A DNA stretch of 64,000 nt. Source: an uncultured Bacteroidales bacterium (GTDB lineage: Bacteria > Bacteroidota > Bacteroidia > Bacteroidales > VadinHA17). Both the position numbers and the translations under genes were made by a program. Under the pieces are notes generated by a model. The model saw nothing but the letters and a program-made list of their open reading frames with translations, ran no database searches and was not told where the DNA came from. The stretch is taken from assembly GCA_963730615.1 (NCBI GenBank), contig CAVSSR010000004.1, positions 28,890-92,889 on the forward strand. The letters run 5' to 3'. Shown here piece by piece: positions 1 through 8,223 of the stretch (the stretch's first letter is position 1; each line of letters starts with the position of its first letter).

Positions 1-10
1 GCCGGCATGG

Positions 11-364
11 ATGAAGAACAGGTATGTTCTCACGGTGCTTGCGTTTCTTCTCTGGATTATATTGCTTGACCCCAACAACCTGATCTCGCGTGTGGGGGAA
101 GCGCGTACGCGCAACAGGCTCCTCAGGGAAAAGGAGTATTATACGGGACGCATTGAAGAGGACCGGAGAAAGCTCAACGAGCTGCGGACGAGCAACGAGA
201 ATCTCGAAAAGTATGCGCGCGAACAGTACAGAATGAAAAGGCCGGATGAGGATCTCTTTATTATTGTCACTCCAGGTGAAGAGCGTAAGATCAGGCGTGA
301 ACGAAAGGTATCAAAAACAGCGAAGCCCGCTGAGAAGCAGGCTCCGGAAAGGTCAAAACGCTGA
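11..364 (+). CDS. FtsB/DivIC-family septum formation initiator (may start upstream of the window)
   Basis: One TM helix, coiled coil, and the 'LEKYAREQYRMKRPDEDLFII' signature. Confidence 0.8.
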   Translation: MKNRYVLTVLAFLLWIILLDPNNLISRVGEARTRNRLLREKEYYTGRIEEDRRKLNELRTSNENLEKYAREQYRMKRPDEDLFIIVTPGEERKIRRERKVSKTAKPAEKQAPERSKR

Positions 365-366
365 AC

Positions 367-966
367 CTATTTTTTCTCTTTTTCAGCTTTGTATTTTGTG
401 TTCAGTCCTGTGATAACCGCAGCAGTGATATCAAGTGTTGAATCACTGTAGAGGATGGGGCCGGGGAACTGTTTTGCCAGGATATACTGATATCTTCCGT
501 CAGCATTGAATTCAGCAAGGTAAAGGTTTATATATTCAAGCACCTGTCTCTGGGCCACGGTGCCTTCCTCATTAAGGTTATAAGCCATCTGGTCACGCAA
601 AGCGATCAGTTGCTGCTGCTGCTGCGCAAGTGTCTGCTCCATCTCAGAGGCGGTAGCCCTGGTGATCAGTCCTTTCTGAGCTTTATTCTGATAGTCCTTT
701 ACATCACGGTCAAAGGCCTGTGACTTGGCTGTCAGTTCTGCTTCTGAGTTTTTGGTCTTCTCCTCCAGTTCAGTGGTCTTGTCTGTTGCCATATCAAAAT
801 GAGCAATGACAGAATCAAGCTCGATATATGCAATGCCCTTCTCAGCAGTCTTTACGGCCGCTGTTCCGGTTCCTTTGTTTTTTCCGCAGCCTGTGAATGC
901 CACGATACCTGCGACAGCAATGACAGCTGCTATAAGTGTGTTTTTTACAACTGATGATCTGTTCAT
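367..966 (-). CDS. OmpH/Skp-family periplasmic chaperone (lipoprotein-like N-terminus)
   Basis: 'IAYIELDSV' N-motif, long coiled coil, 'YQYIL...ILYSD..LDITAAVITGLN' C-motif. Confidence 0.85.
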   Translation of the reverse strand: MNRSSVVKNTLIAAVIAVAGIVAFTGCGKNKGTGTAAVKTAEKGIAYIELDSVIAHFDMATDKTTELEEKTKNSEAELTAKSQAFDRDVKDYQNKAQKGLITRATASEMEQTLAQQQQQLIALRDQMAYNLNEEGTVAQRQVLEYINLYLAEFNADGRYQYILAKQFPGPILYSDSTLDITAAVITGLNTKYKAEKEKK

Positions 967-1076
967 GTCAGGGAATAGGATTAGGGTTTAACAAAATGTT
1001 GCACAAACATACACAAATTTTAAATATTACAAAGGGGGAAATGTTGTCTGAGTGAGGAAAGGGATGCGGCTGACGA

Positions 1077-2063
1077 TCAGAACTCGGGGCAGGGTATTGC
1101 GTGTATCTTTGATCCGCGCTTTACCTGTGCCGAGGTAAATGAATAGATAAGTGAAAGCTCGTATGCGCCGCCTGATGATGTTATCAGGTTTGAAACGGTA
1201 AAGTCATAGCTAAATCCGATATTGAGCTGGTCTGTTTTTATTCCAATCATGCCTATGATGGCATCACCGGGCTGTGAAGTGACAAACGGTATACCCCTGT
1301 ACCATACGCCGAAAACCAGCGGATGCTTGTAATAGTAAAGCCCTATGTCTGACTGGTAGAACTTGCCCTGATAAACAAAGTTTGCTGCCACTGACATCAC
1401 CTCGGTGAGCTTCTTTTTAAGCCTTCCGCGACTGATTAGCTGGAACCCTCCATAGAAATCAAGCTTGATTGGAATAGATTGTTCGTCGCCCCAGAACGAT
1501 GTCTTTGGCCTGAGGAGGTGGTCAACGGTGAAACCTGCCCATATTTTTTCGTTATAGATCAGGGCCGAAGTGTTAAAATCTATATCAGCCACATTGTCAA
1601 ACGGCGGCGGGGTTATGGGAGGAAGTGTTCCTCCGGTGGTAATCTGGCTGTTCCACAAGAGCTTGTTAATGTCCAGTCCGAGATAATAGAATTTAAAGCT
1701 TACACCTGGTCTTATATGCCAGTCGTCGTTGATCTGAATGTCGTATGAATAGAGCAGTCCTATGTTTGTCGTACTGAGATCACCCGATCCTGCCACATCA
1801 TAAGTAGCGAGTACACCTATTCCCGAATTGAAATTAGGAACGGCCTTATCGAAAGAGAAACTGTAAGTCTGATAAACGTGGGGTATTGAGGGCCACTGGT
1901 CGCGCCAGTTCATAGCTAAGCGATAATCTTCAGTTGCACCTGCGAATGACGGAGCCAGATAAAGTTGATTTGCATAAAACTGAGAGAACTGAGGGTCCTG
2001 ACCTTTTGCAAAAACAGAAATGAAAAACAGTAAACCGATGAAATATTTAGTCTTAGCTAGCAA
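1077..2063 (-). CDS. PorP/SprF-family T9SS outer-membrane beta-barrel
   Basis: 'QDPQFSQFYANQLYLAPSFAG', 'WRDQWP', 'GFSYDFTVSNL...GAYELSL', terminal 'CPEF'. Confidence 0.92.
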   Translation of the reverse strand: MLAKTKYFIGLLFFISVFAKGQDPQFSQFYANQLYLAPSFAGATEDYRLAMNWRDQWPSIPHVYQTYSFSFDKAVPNFNSGIGVLATYDVAGSGDLSTTNIGLLYSYDIQINDDWHIRPGVSFKFYYLGLDINKLLWNSQITTGGTLPPITPPPFDNVADIDFNTSALIYNEKIWAGFTVDHLLRPKTSFWGDEQSIPIKLDFYGGFQLISRGRLKKKLTEVMSVAANFVYQGKFYQSDIGLYYYKHPLVFGVWYRGIPFVTSQPGDAIIGMIGIKTDQLNIGFSYDFTVSNLITSSGGAYELSLIYSFTSAQVKRGSKIHAIPCPEF

Positions 2064-2101
2064 TTCGGTTTCATTTAAATTATATACGAAAGTTGCTAAT
2101 T

Positions 2102-2128
2102 ATACGGCTAAACTCAAGGAAGGTTACA
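2102..2128 (-). promoter_or_regulatory. Putative ECF-sigma promoter upstream of porP (TGTAAC-N16-CGTAT)
   Basis: Fits the AAC/CGT consensus of ECF promoters; lies ~40 nt before the porP start. Confidence 0.45.
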
Positions 2129-2198
2129 TCTGATAATATTAACAATCAGCCCAGTTGATGGACAAGATATCAACAGAAGCCATGCATGTAACTAAATA

Positions 2199-3491
2199 TC
2201 AATAATTTAAAAGGATTACATCACCAGCCATGACAATCTGCTGGCCATTGCGATAAGTGCCTCGCACCTTCCAGACATAAACGCCCGGGTTGCATATTTG
2301 TCCCTTGTAGTAGCCGTCCCATCCTATCTCCGGATCACTGCTTTCGAACACCAGCATACCCGCCTTGCTGTAAATTTTTAGATTGTACGCATCGATCCCT
2401 GAGGTGACCGGATGGAACACCTGGTTATCCATGTCGGTACGCTGGTTGTAGTATCCTCCGGAAGGTCCGCCTGTATTAGGCATGAAAGCGTTAGGGAACC
2501 TGATGAATGAGCCCTGGTCGGTGAAGACGTCATTAATGGTGAGTGAGTCTGCACAACCGTTCTCTGAATACGCCACCAGTGTCACATCATAACGTCCGGG
2601 TTGCCTGTACTTGTAAGAGGGGTCAGACAGAGTAGAAAAAGTCCCGTCACCGAAGTTCCACAGGAACTGCACGGCACCGGCAGAGTGGTTGATGAATAGA
2701 ACCTTATCACCATCAGAGAACTGGTCGTTCTGACTGATCTCAAATGATGCCGCAGGTCCTGCCCATGCTTCTATTTTGGCTGTTGCCGTGCTCATTCGTC
2801 CTCTGGTATCAGTGACAGTGAGGGTGACTTCATATATTCCGGGAAGGTCATAGATATAATCAGGGTTGTTCAAGAATGACGAACCACCGTCGCCAAAGCT
2901 CCACTCTGTTCTGAAGCCTTCTGTCCCGGGGCTTGTGAATCTCACATGCATAGGCACGCAGCCGCTTGTAACTGATGTTTCGATGACGGCCATAGGCGCT
3001 GAAGCCAGGGCCATTGATGCATCATTCTGTCCGAAACCCTTAACCGGGATTTCACTGCCTGCAGTACCGGCCGGAGTGCTGATTCCGCCCGGCCTGTCGG
3101 AGACACCGCCAGGTGCTGTCTCAGCCTTTACTGAAACTGATGCGGTTTTTGCAAGTGTCACTCCGGGTGTTATGTTTTCAATCTTCCGGGAAACCGTGTC
3201 ACCTGTGTTATCAACTATTACTGTCCTTTCCGTCTGCTGTGCATGATCTTCCGGCACCACGGCTGTGTTATGGAGGGAAGAGAAGAACAGCACTCCTGCT
3301 ACTGTAAGTCCTGCAGCGGCAGCGGCAAGATAAAAGATATTGAAGCGGGCGGGATTGAACCTGAGGAACTCCTTCCGGTCAAGACGGCGCATGACACGGC
3401 CGGTCAGGTCGCTCTCTGCCACCATCTCATTCTCTTCCAGCTTATTGCGGAAGAGATTCCCGAGGTCAATATCTCTTTCCTCTTCAGTCAT
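2199..3491 (-). CDS. Anti-sigma-like N-terminus + TM + 2 PKD domains + T9SS type-B C-terminal domain
   Basis: Likely ATG at 3491 just after the sigma stop; 'DLGNLFRNKLEENE' motif, TM 'IFYLAAAAAGLTVAGVLFF', two 'W.FGDG' PKD repeats, CTD 'FPNAFMPN...IYSKAG..VFES...GWDG...GVYVW'. Confidence 0.85.
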   Translation of the reverse strand: MTEEERDIDLGNLFRNKLEENEMVAESDLTGRVMRRLDRKEFLRFNPARFNIFYLAAAAAGLTVAGVLFFSSLHNTAVVPEDHAQQTERTVIVDNTGDTVSRKIENITPGVTLAKTASVSVKAETAPGGVSDRPGGISTPAGTAGSEIPVKGFGQNDASMALASAPMAVIETSVTSGCVPMHVRFTSPGTEGFRTEWSFGDGGSSFLNNPDYIYDLPGIYEVTLTVTDTRGRMSTATAKIEAWAGPAASFEISQNDQFSDGDKVLFINHSAGAVQFLWNFGDGTFSTLSDPSYKYRQPGRYDVTLVAYSENGCADSLTINDVFTDQGSFIRFPNAFMPNTGGPSGGYYNQRTDMDNQVFHPVTSGIDAYNLKIYSKAGMLVFESSDPEIGWDGYYKGQICNPGVYVWKVRGTYRNGQQIVMAGDVILLNY

Positions 3492-3498
3492 TCCCTTT

Positions 3499-4053
3499 TC
3501 AGGTATATTTTCCTTTAAGTTTTGCCAGGTCCTCAAGTTTCTTTCTGAGTATTGCCCTGGCCCTGCTATATTGTGATTTTGAAGTGTTTACATCAATGCC
3601 AAGCATTTCTGCTATTTCCTGGTGTTTATAACCTTCTATTGTATAAAGGTTAAAAACCATTCTGTAACCGGGTGAGAGTTCATTAAGCACCCTGTAAAGA
3701 TCTTCTGCCGTATAAAAATCCTCTTCGAACCCTCTGCTGCCGGTCTCAGCACTCACATAATCATCAATGTCGGTATGATGTTTATGACGCAAATTCTTAT
3801 GATAATATGTGATTGCCGTGTTCACCGTCACTTTTCTCAACCATCCTTTAAAAGAACCCGTTCCAGAATATTCCCCCAGATTGAAATATATCCTGAGGAA
3901 GGCTTCCTGCAACATATCTTCAGCTTCAGGCCTGTCAGTTGCGTATCTCATACAAACACCCAGCAGATAACCAGAATACTGTTTCCAGAGTATCTGCTGT
4001 GCCTTCCTGCTGTGTCTGACGCAGCCTTCAATTATATTCTGGTCGCTCATCAT
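3499..4053 (-). CDS. ECF RNA polymerase sigma-70 factor
   Basis: Region 2 'AEDMLQEAFLRI', region 4 'YRMVFNLYTIEGYKHQEIAEMLGI..NTSKSQYSRAR'. Confidence 0.95.
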   Translation of the reverse strand: MMSDQNIIEGCVRHSRKAQQILWKQYSGYLLGVCMRYATDRPEAEDMLQEAFLRIYFNLGEYSGTGSFKGWLRKVTVNTAITYYHKNLRHKHHTDIDDYVSAETGSRGFEEDFYTAEDLYRVLNELSPGYRMVFNLYTIEGYKHQEIAEMLGIDVNTSKSQYSRARAILRKKLEDLAKLKGKYT

Positions 4054-4071
4054 CAGCCTGACACAATATCA

Positions 4072-4099
4072 AGACAAGTAGTGTTTTTAAATGGTTGCA
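4072..4099 (-). promoter_or_regulatory. Putative autoregulatory ECF promoter (TGCAAC-N17-TGTCT)
   Basis: ECF-type -35/-10 about 18 nt upstream of the sigma start codon. Confidence 0.5.
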
Positions 4100-4156
4100 C
4101 CGTCTTTATGGTTTTTGCCAAAATGATTTAAAAATGTGATAAATCAGGTGTTACAA

Positions 4157-4170
4157 ATGATAAACGTCAT
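4157..4170. promoter_or_regulatory. ATGA-N6-TCAT palindrome (CRP/FNR-type site) upstream of proline dehydrogenase
   Basis: ATGATAAACGTCAT centred ~41 nt before the TSS expected from TATCTTTG at 4193-4200. Confidence 0.4.
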
Positions 4171-4192
4171 TTATAGCCGTATTATTGAGGTT

Positions 4193-4200
4193 TATCTTTG
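4193..4200 (+). promoter_or_regulatory. Bacteroidota primary-sigma -7 element (TAnnTTTG)
   Basis: TATCTTTG 25 nt before the ATG at 4226. Confidence 0.65.
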
Positions 4201-4225
4201 GGGGCACAAAAAAAACTGCTGTAAG

Positions 4226-5137
4226 ATGTTCAACAAATTCATTGCCTCAATCCTTCCATATTTTCCCAAGAAGTTCATATGGATCTTTTCACGTTCTTAT
4301 ATAGCCGGAGAAACGATGGCCGATGCCATTCGGGAATCGAAGGATCTGAACACAAAGGGCATCAGGGTAACCCTGGATGTGCTTGGTGAATTCATCAAGA
4401 CACTTGATGAGGCTGAGGAGAATAAAAGGGAGTACCTTGAACTGATAGAGGAGATACAGCGGAGTGGCATTGACGGCAATTTCTCGCTTAAACCGACAAG
4501 CTTCGGCCTCCTCATTGATCAGGAAGCATGTTACAGGCTCATGCGGGAGATCGTCGTTAAGGCTGCAGGGTACAACAACTTCTGCAGGATAGATATGGAA
4601 GACTCCCCCTGTACCGACATGGAGATTGCGCTGTACAGGCGCCTTCATGCCGAATTTCCGAAGAACGTCGGGCTGGTAGTGCAGGCATACCTGAAGAGAA
4701 CACACGGTGATCTCGAAAAAATGCTTGACATGAACAGTGCGGCCGTTCCTACGAGCTACAGGCTGTGCAAGGGTATCTATGTGGAGCCTGCCGCTATCTC
4801 ATACAAGAAATATGAAGAGATAAACCAGAATTACCTGAATGACCTGGAATTCATGTTCAAAAACAAAATATTTGTAGGCATTGCAACTCACGACAAGCCA
4901 CTTATTGAGGGTGCATACGAGCTTATCAGGAAGCATAATGTGTCTAAGAATATGTATGAGTTCCAGATGCTCTACGGAGTAACTCCGAAGCTGAGGCAGA
5001 GCATAGTTGATGCCGGTCACGCGATGAGGGTGTATGTTCCTTTCGGGAAAAAGTGGTTCGGTTATTCAACGCGCAGGCTGAAGGAGAATCCGAAGATGGC
5101 CTCGCATATTATCAAGGCGATATTCCATAAGGGATAA
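4226..5137 (+). CDS. Monofunctional proline dehydrogenase
   Basis: 'RIDMED', 'VVQAYLKR', 'RLCKGIY', 'IATHD', 'EFQMLYGV', 'RVYVPFG..W..Y..RRLKE'; start chosen from promoter position. Confidence 0.9.
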   Translation: MFNKFIASILPYFPKKFIWIFSRSYIAGETMADAIRESKDLNTKGIRVTLDVLGEFIKTLDEAEENKREYLELIEEIQRSGIDGNFSLKPTSFGLLIDQEACYRLMREIVVKAAGYNNFCRIDMEDSPCTDMEIALYRRLHAEFPKNVGLVVQAYLKRTHGDLEKMLDMNSAAVPTSYRLCKGIYVEPAAISYKKYEEINQNYLNDLEFMFKNKIFVGIATHDKPLIEGAYELIRKHNVSKNMYEFQMLYGVTPKLRQSIVDAGHAMRVYVPFGKKWFGYSTRRLKENPKMASHIIKAIFHKG

Positions 5138-5193
5138 GAGGCAGTAAGCATTGAGGATTTGCGATTTGCGAGTTTGCGAACAATTCAACTGAA

Positions 5194-5273
5194 TTCTCAA
5201 CCCATCAACTTTAACCAATCAACTTCTCAACCCATCAACTTTCTCAACCCATCAACTTCTCAACCCATCAACT
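5194..5273. repeat. Degenerate tandem repeat, ~16-17 bp unit TTCTCAACCCATCAAC (4 full + 1 degenerate copy)
   Basis: Visible in the gap between convergent genes; preceded by GATTTGC-like heptamers at ~5156-5178. Confidence 0.85.
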
Positions 5274-5282
5274 CCTCAGTCC

Positions 5283-6065
5283 TTAATGCCGGGGTGTTTT
5301 GTAGATGAGTGAATCGTGCAGTGCCGTGATGCGGTTCAGCTCCTTTGCAGAGATGTGCGGTGCAGGGGCCGGAGGATCTTCAGGAAGGCCTTTGGCAAGG
5401 ACATAAACAATAGGAATTATAACGAAGGGATTGAATGCGACCATCTGGTCAGAGGGGATGCCTCCTTTCTCTCCTGCGTCTCTAGCCTGCATATGCCTGA
5501 TGACATCATAATTGGCTGCAGGATCATCCAGCCTGGTGGCAGCTGTAAGTCCCTGGTAAGTTGATATCTTAAGATTGTTAGTCGCGTTAATGGTTGCATT
5601 ATCAACGCCGGGTTTCTCTGCCATGATCTCAGCCCTCATGTTAACAAGCCTGGGTATCACCACCACGGCAGGAATCATGAGGGTGTCACTTGTGAGGTAA
5701 ATACCCAGAACATACTCCTGTGCCAGCAGTGTATCGCCGATGACCATATTAAAATCCTTGTACCCTACGCATGAGAACCTTACCGTATCATGGTGACGGG
5801 CATAGAATGATACCATACCCCTGTTATCTGCTGCCCCTGCTGTACCGTTTCCTTTAATATAATGAGCACCACTCAGTGGCTGACGCGTTTCAGTGTCAAG
5901 GACAAGTCCGTGAAACAATATGGGTGCAGCCTGCTGGGCTGACAATCGCAGCAGCGATGAGGTGGCAAGAATGAAGAAAAAGAAGAGGCAGAACCTGCCG
6001 TTGCTATTTGCGCAGGATGATCTCGTCGAGCGTTCTTTTAGGAACATGGTGAACGTGCGCATCAT
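5283..6065 (-). CDS. Secreted protein with CarboxypepD_reg-like N-terminal domain (start uncertain)
   Basis: Signal-like hydrophobic stretch, 'GLVLDTETRQPLSGA...FSCVGYK' beta-sandwich pattern. Confidence 0.6.
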   Translation of the reverse strand: MMRTFTMFLKERSTRSSCANSNGRFCLFFFFILATSSLLRLSAQQAAPILFHGLVLDTETRQPLSGAHYIKGNGTAGAADNRGMVSFYARHHDTVRFSCVGYKDFNMVIGDTLLAQEYVLGIYLTSDTLMIPAVVVIPRLVNMRAEIMAEKPGVDNATINATNNLKISTYQGLTAATRLDDPAANYDVIRHMQARDAGEKGGIPSDQMVAFNPFVIIPIVYVLAKGLPEDPPAPAPHISAKELNRITALHDSLIYKTPRH

Positions 6066-6576
6066 CTCTCCAGTATTTTACATCGTTATTCTGAATGGTC
6101 TCGAGGACCACCTTTTCAACCGGCTTGCCAAGGGCAAGGACAAGGAGCACTTCATATCCATTTGAAATATTCATGGCAGCCCTCAGCTTTTCCTTCTTGA
6201 CGGAAGCAATGATGCATCCTCCGAGGCCCTTTTCAGTGGCGCCGAGCATGATGCTCTGTGCTGCGACTCCATGATCAATGCCGAAAGAATCGGATATTTC
6301 CTTATCGCCGAGGACGATTATGTAAGCTGAAGGTCTCTCGCCGGGGTCAGGTCCTTCCCATGTTGTAAGGTAGCCGGCCCATGCGAGACAGGAATAAACA
6401 GCCGCGCGTTGTTCAGGATCATTGACGAGGATGTACTTCAGGGGCTGACGGTTGGCGCCGGAAGCCGACAGACGGGCCAGATCAACCAATGAGACCAGGG
6501 TGTCTGTGTCAATTACAAACTTTTCTTCAAATCTGCGGTACGTCCTCGTTTTTTCTATAAGCTGTCTGATATTCAT
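6004..6576 (-). CDS. Nitroreductase family protein
   Basis: 'RTYRRF', 'ARLSASGANRQPL', 'DHGVAAQSIMLGATEKGLGGC'; TATCTTTG promoter at ~6592-6599. Confidence 0.9.
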   Translation of the reverse strand: MNIRQLIEKTRTYRRFEEKFVIDTDTLVSLVDLARLSASGANRQPLKYILVNDPEQRAAVYSCLAWAGYLTTWEGPDPGERPSAYIIVLGDKEISDSFGIDHGVAAQSIMLGATEKGLGGCIIASVKKEKLRAAMNISNGYEVLLVLALGKPVEKVVLETIQNNDVKYWRDDAHVHHVPKRTLDEIILRK

Positions 6577-6635
6577 GCGCTGAATTTTGGCCAAAGATAC
6601 ATAAAAAAATGAGGGTGGAAACAAAGTTAAATAAA

Positions 6636-6690
6636 CCACCCCGTCCCGATAGCGATCGGGACACAGTCGCTCCCTTGAAAAGGAGGGGAA
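6636..6690. repeat. REP-like palindromic intergenic element
   Basis: GTCCCGAT-AGCG-ATCGGGAC hairpin (6643-6662) followed by a TCCCTT...AGGAGGGGA stem; related core at 55040-55060. Confidence 0.5.
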
Positions 6691-6735
6691 ATATATTGCT
6701 TACAAGTATTTGATTTACAGTATTTTATGCGGAGA

Positions 6736-7329
6736 TTACCTCTTCAGCGCCTCGTCATACCTGTCTCCAATGATGTTCCAGTCAAGCAGTTCCCAGAAAT
6801 TCTTTATATAGTCGGGGCGCTTGTTCCTGTAGTCGATATAATAGGCATGCTCCCACACATCACATGTCATCAGCGGCACCAGGCCTGAACGCAAAGGGTT
6901 GCCGGCGTTCTGTTCCTGGGTAATGGTGAGTCTGCCGTCTGGCTTCATGCAGAGCCATGCCCAGCCTGAGCCAAAGAGTGAAGTGGCGGCTTTGGTAAAT
7001 GCTTCCATGAAACCGGCGAAGGACCCGAACTCAGATTCGATAGCCCGGGCAAGCGTTCCGTGCGGTTCCTTCTTTCCCGACGGTGAGAAGGTGGCAAAAT
7101 AAAAGGTGTGATTCCATATCTGGGCAGCGTTGTTGAAAATGCCTCCCTCAGCTTTCTTGATCATCGTCTCAAGCGAAGCCTCCTCATACGGCGTTCCCGG
7201 GATGAGGTTGTTAAGGTTGTTTACATAGGCGAGATGATGCTTGCCATGATGATACTCGATGGTCTCCGGACTAATCTGAGGCGCAAGGGCATCAGGACTG
7301 TAATTCAGTGGCGGAAGTTCAAATTTCAT
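6736..7329 (-). CDS. sodB: Fe/Mn superoxide dismutase
   Basis: 'HHGKHHLAYV', 'NNAAQIWNH', 'DVWEHAYY'. Confidence 0.95.
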   Translation of the reverse strand: MKFELPPLNYSPDALAPQISPETIEYHHGKHHLAYVNNLNNLIPGTPYEEASLETMIKKAEGGIFNNAAQIWNHTFYFATFSPSGKKEPHGTLARAIESEFGSFAGFMEAFTKAATSLFGSGWAWLCMKPDGRLTITQEQNAGNPLRSGLVPLMTCDVWEHAYYIDYRNKRPDYIKNFWELLDWNIIGDRYDEALKR

Positions 7330-7392
7330 GACCTGATCAGTTAGTTAGATTTAAATGTAAAGATAATAAATAGACTGCAGTGGAAAAAATAG

Positions 7393-8223
7393 TCAAAGCA
7401 GAAATATCCTTTCGGGCATGGCGCCTATAACTTTCCGCTCATGTGCAACCGAGTAGAGTTTTGCTATAGCCGCCTTTCCCTCCTGCCCCAGAGAGAGACT
7501 GAATTCATTTACATAGAGGCTGATGTGATCTTTTGTCACCTTTGAATCAATCTCGCGGGCATGTCTCCGGATAAAATCAACCGAAGCTGAAGGGTCGGCC
7601 CGGGCATACTCGATACTGCGTCTTATGGACCTGCTGACTTTACCTGCGATATCCTCACTTACACTGCGATTCACCACGATACCGCCAAGCGGGACAGGCA
7701 TGCCGGTCATCTTCTCCCAGTATTCGCCTGTATCAGCAACCTTCTGTAATCCGAGCGACAGATATGTGAATCTCGTTTCATGGATTATAAGGCCTGCGTC
7801 TGCCTCACCCGACATGACAGCTTCGGGAATATCGGAGAAGAGATACTCCCGCTTTCGAGATGCTCCGGGCCAGAAGATGCTGAACAGAAGATTGGCGGTG
7901 GTATATTTTCCGGGAATGGCAATGAGGGCATTATCCAGTTCATCAGGGTACATCTTATGACGGCTGACCACAAGGGGCCCGTTGTTGCGTCCGAGGGCGC
8001 TGCCTGAATCAAGGATAAGATAGTTGGATGCAGCCAAAGCATAAGCGTGAAAACTCATCTTGGTGACATCGACGGTTCCCTCCATTGCCCGGCGGTTCAG
8101 TTCCTCAACATCGGCAAGGAACCAGTCGAAGCTGACCCCTTCCGTATCGACTCTTCCGTGCACCAGGGCCTCAAAGATGAATGTGTCATTGGGGCAGGGC
8201 GAAAAACCGAGCGATAGTTTCAT
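7393..8223 (-). CDS. mqnD: 1,4-dihydroxy-6-naphthoate synthase (futalosine pathway)
   Basis: 'LGFSPCPNDTFIF', 'LIIHETRFTY', 'PVPLGG'. Confidence 0.93.
   Translation of the reverse strand: MKLSLGFSPCPNDTFIFEALVHGRVDTEGVSFDWFLADVEELNRRAMEGTVDVTKMSFHAYALAASNYLILDSGSALGRNNGPLVVSRHKMYPDELDNALIAIPGKYTTANLLFSIFWPGASRKREYLFSDIPEAVMSGEADAGLIIHETRFTYLSLGLQKVADTGEYWEKMTGMPVPLGGIVVNRSVSEDIAGKVSRSIRRSIEYARADPSASVDFIRRHAREIDSKVTKDHISLYVNEFSLSLGQEGKAAIAKLYSVAHERKVIGAMPERIFLL

Noticed and set aside
5194-5273. Possible CRISPR array
   Set aside because: Units are 16-17 bp and abut each other with no unique spacers; no cas genes nearby
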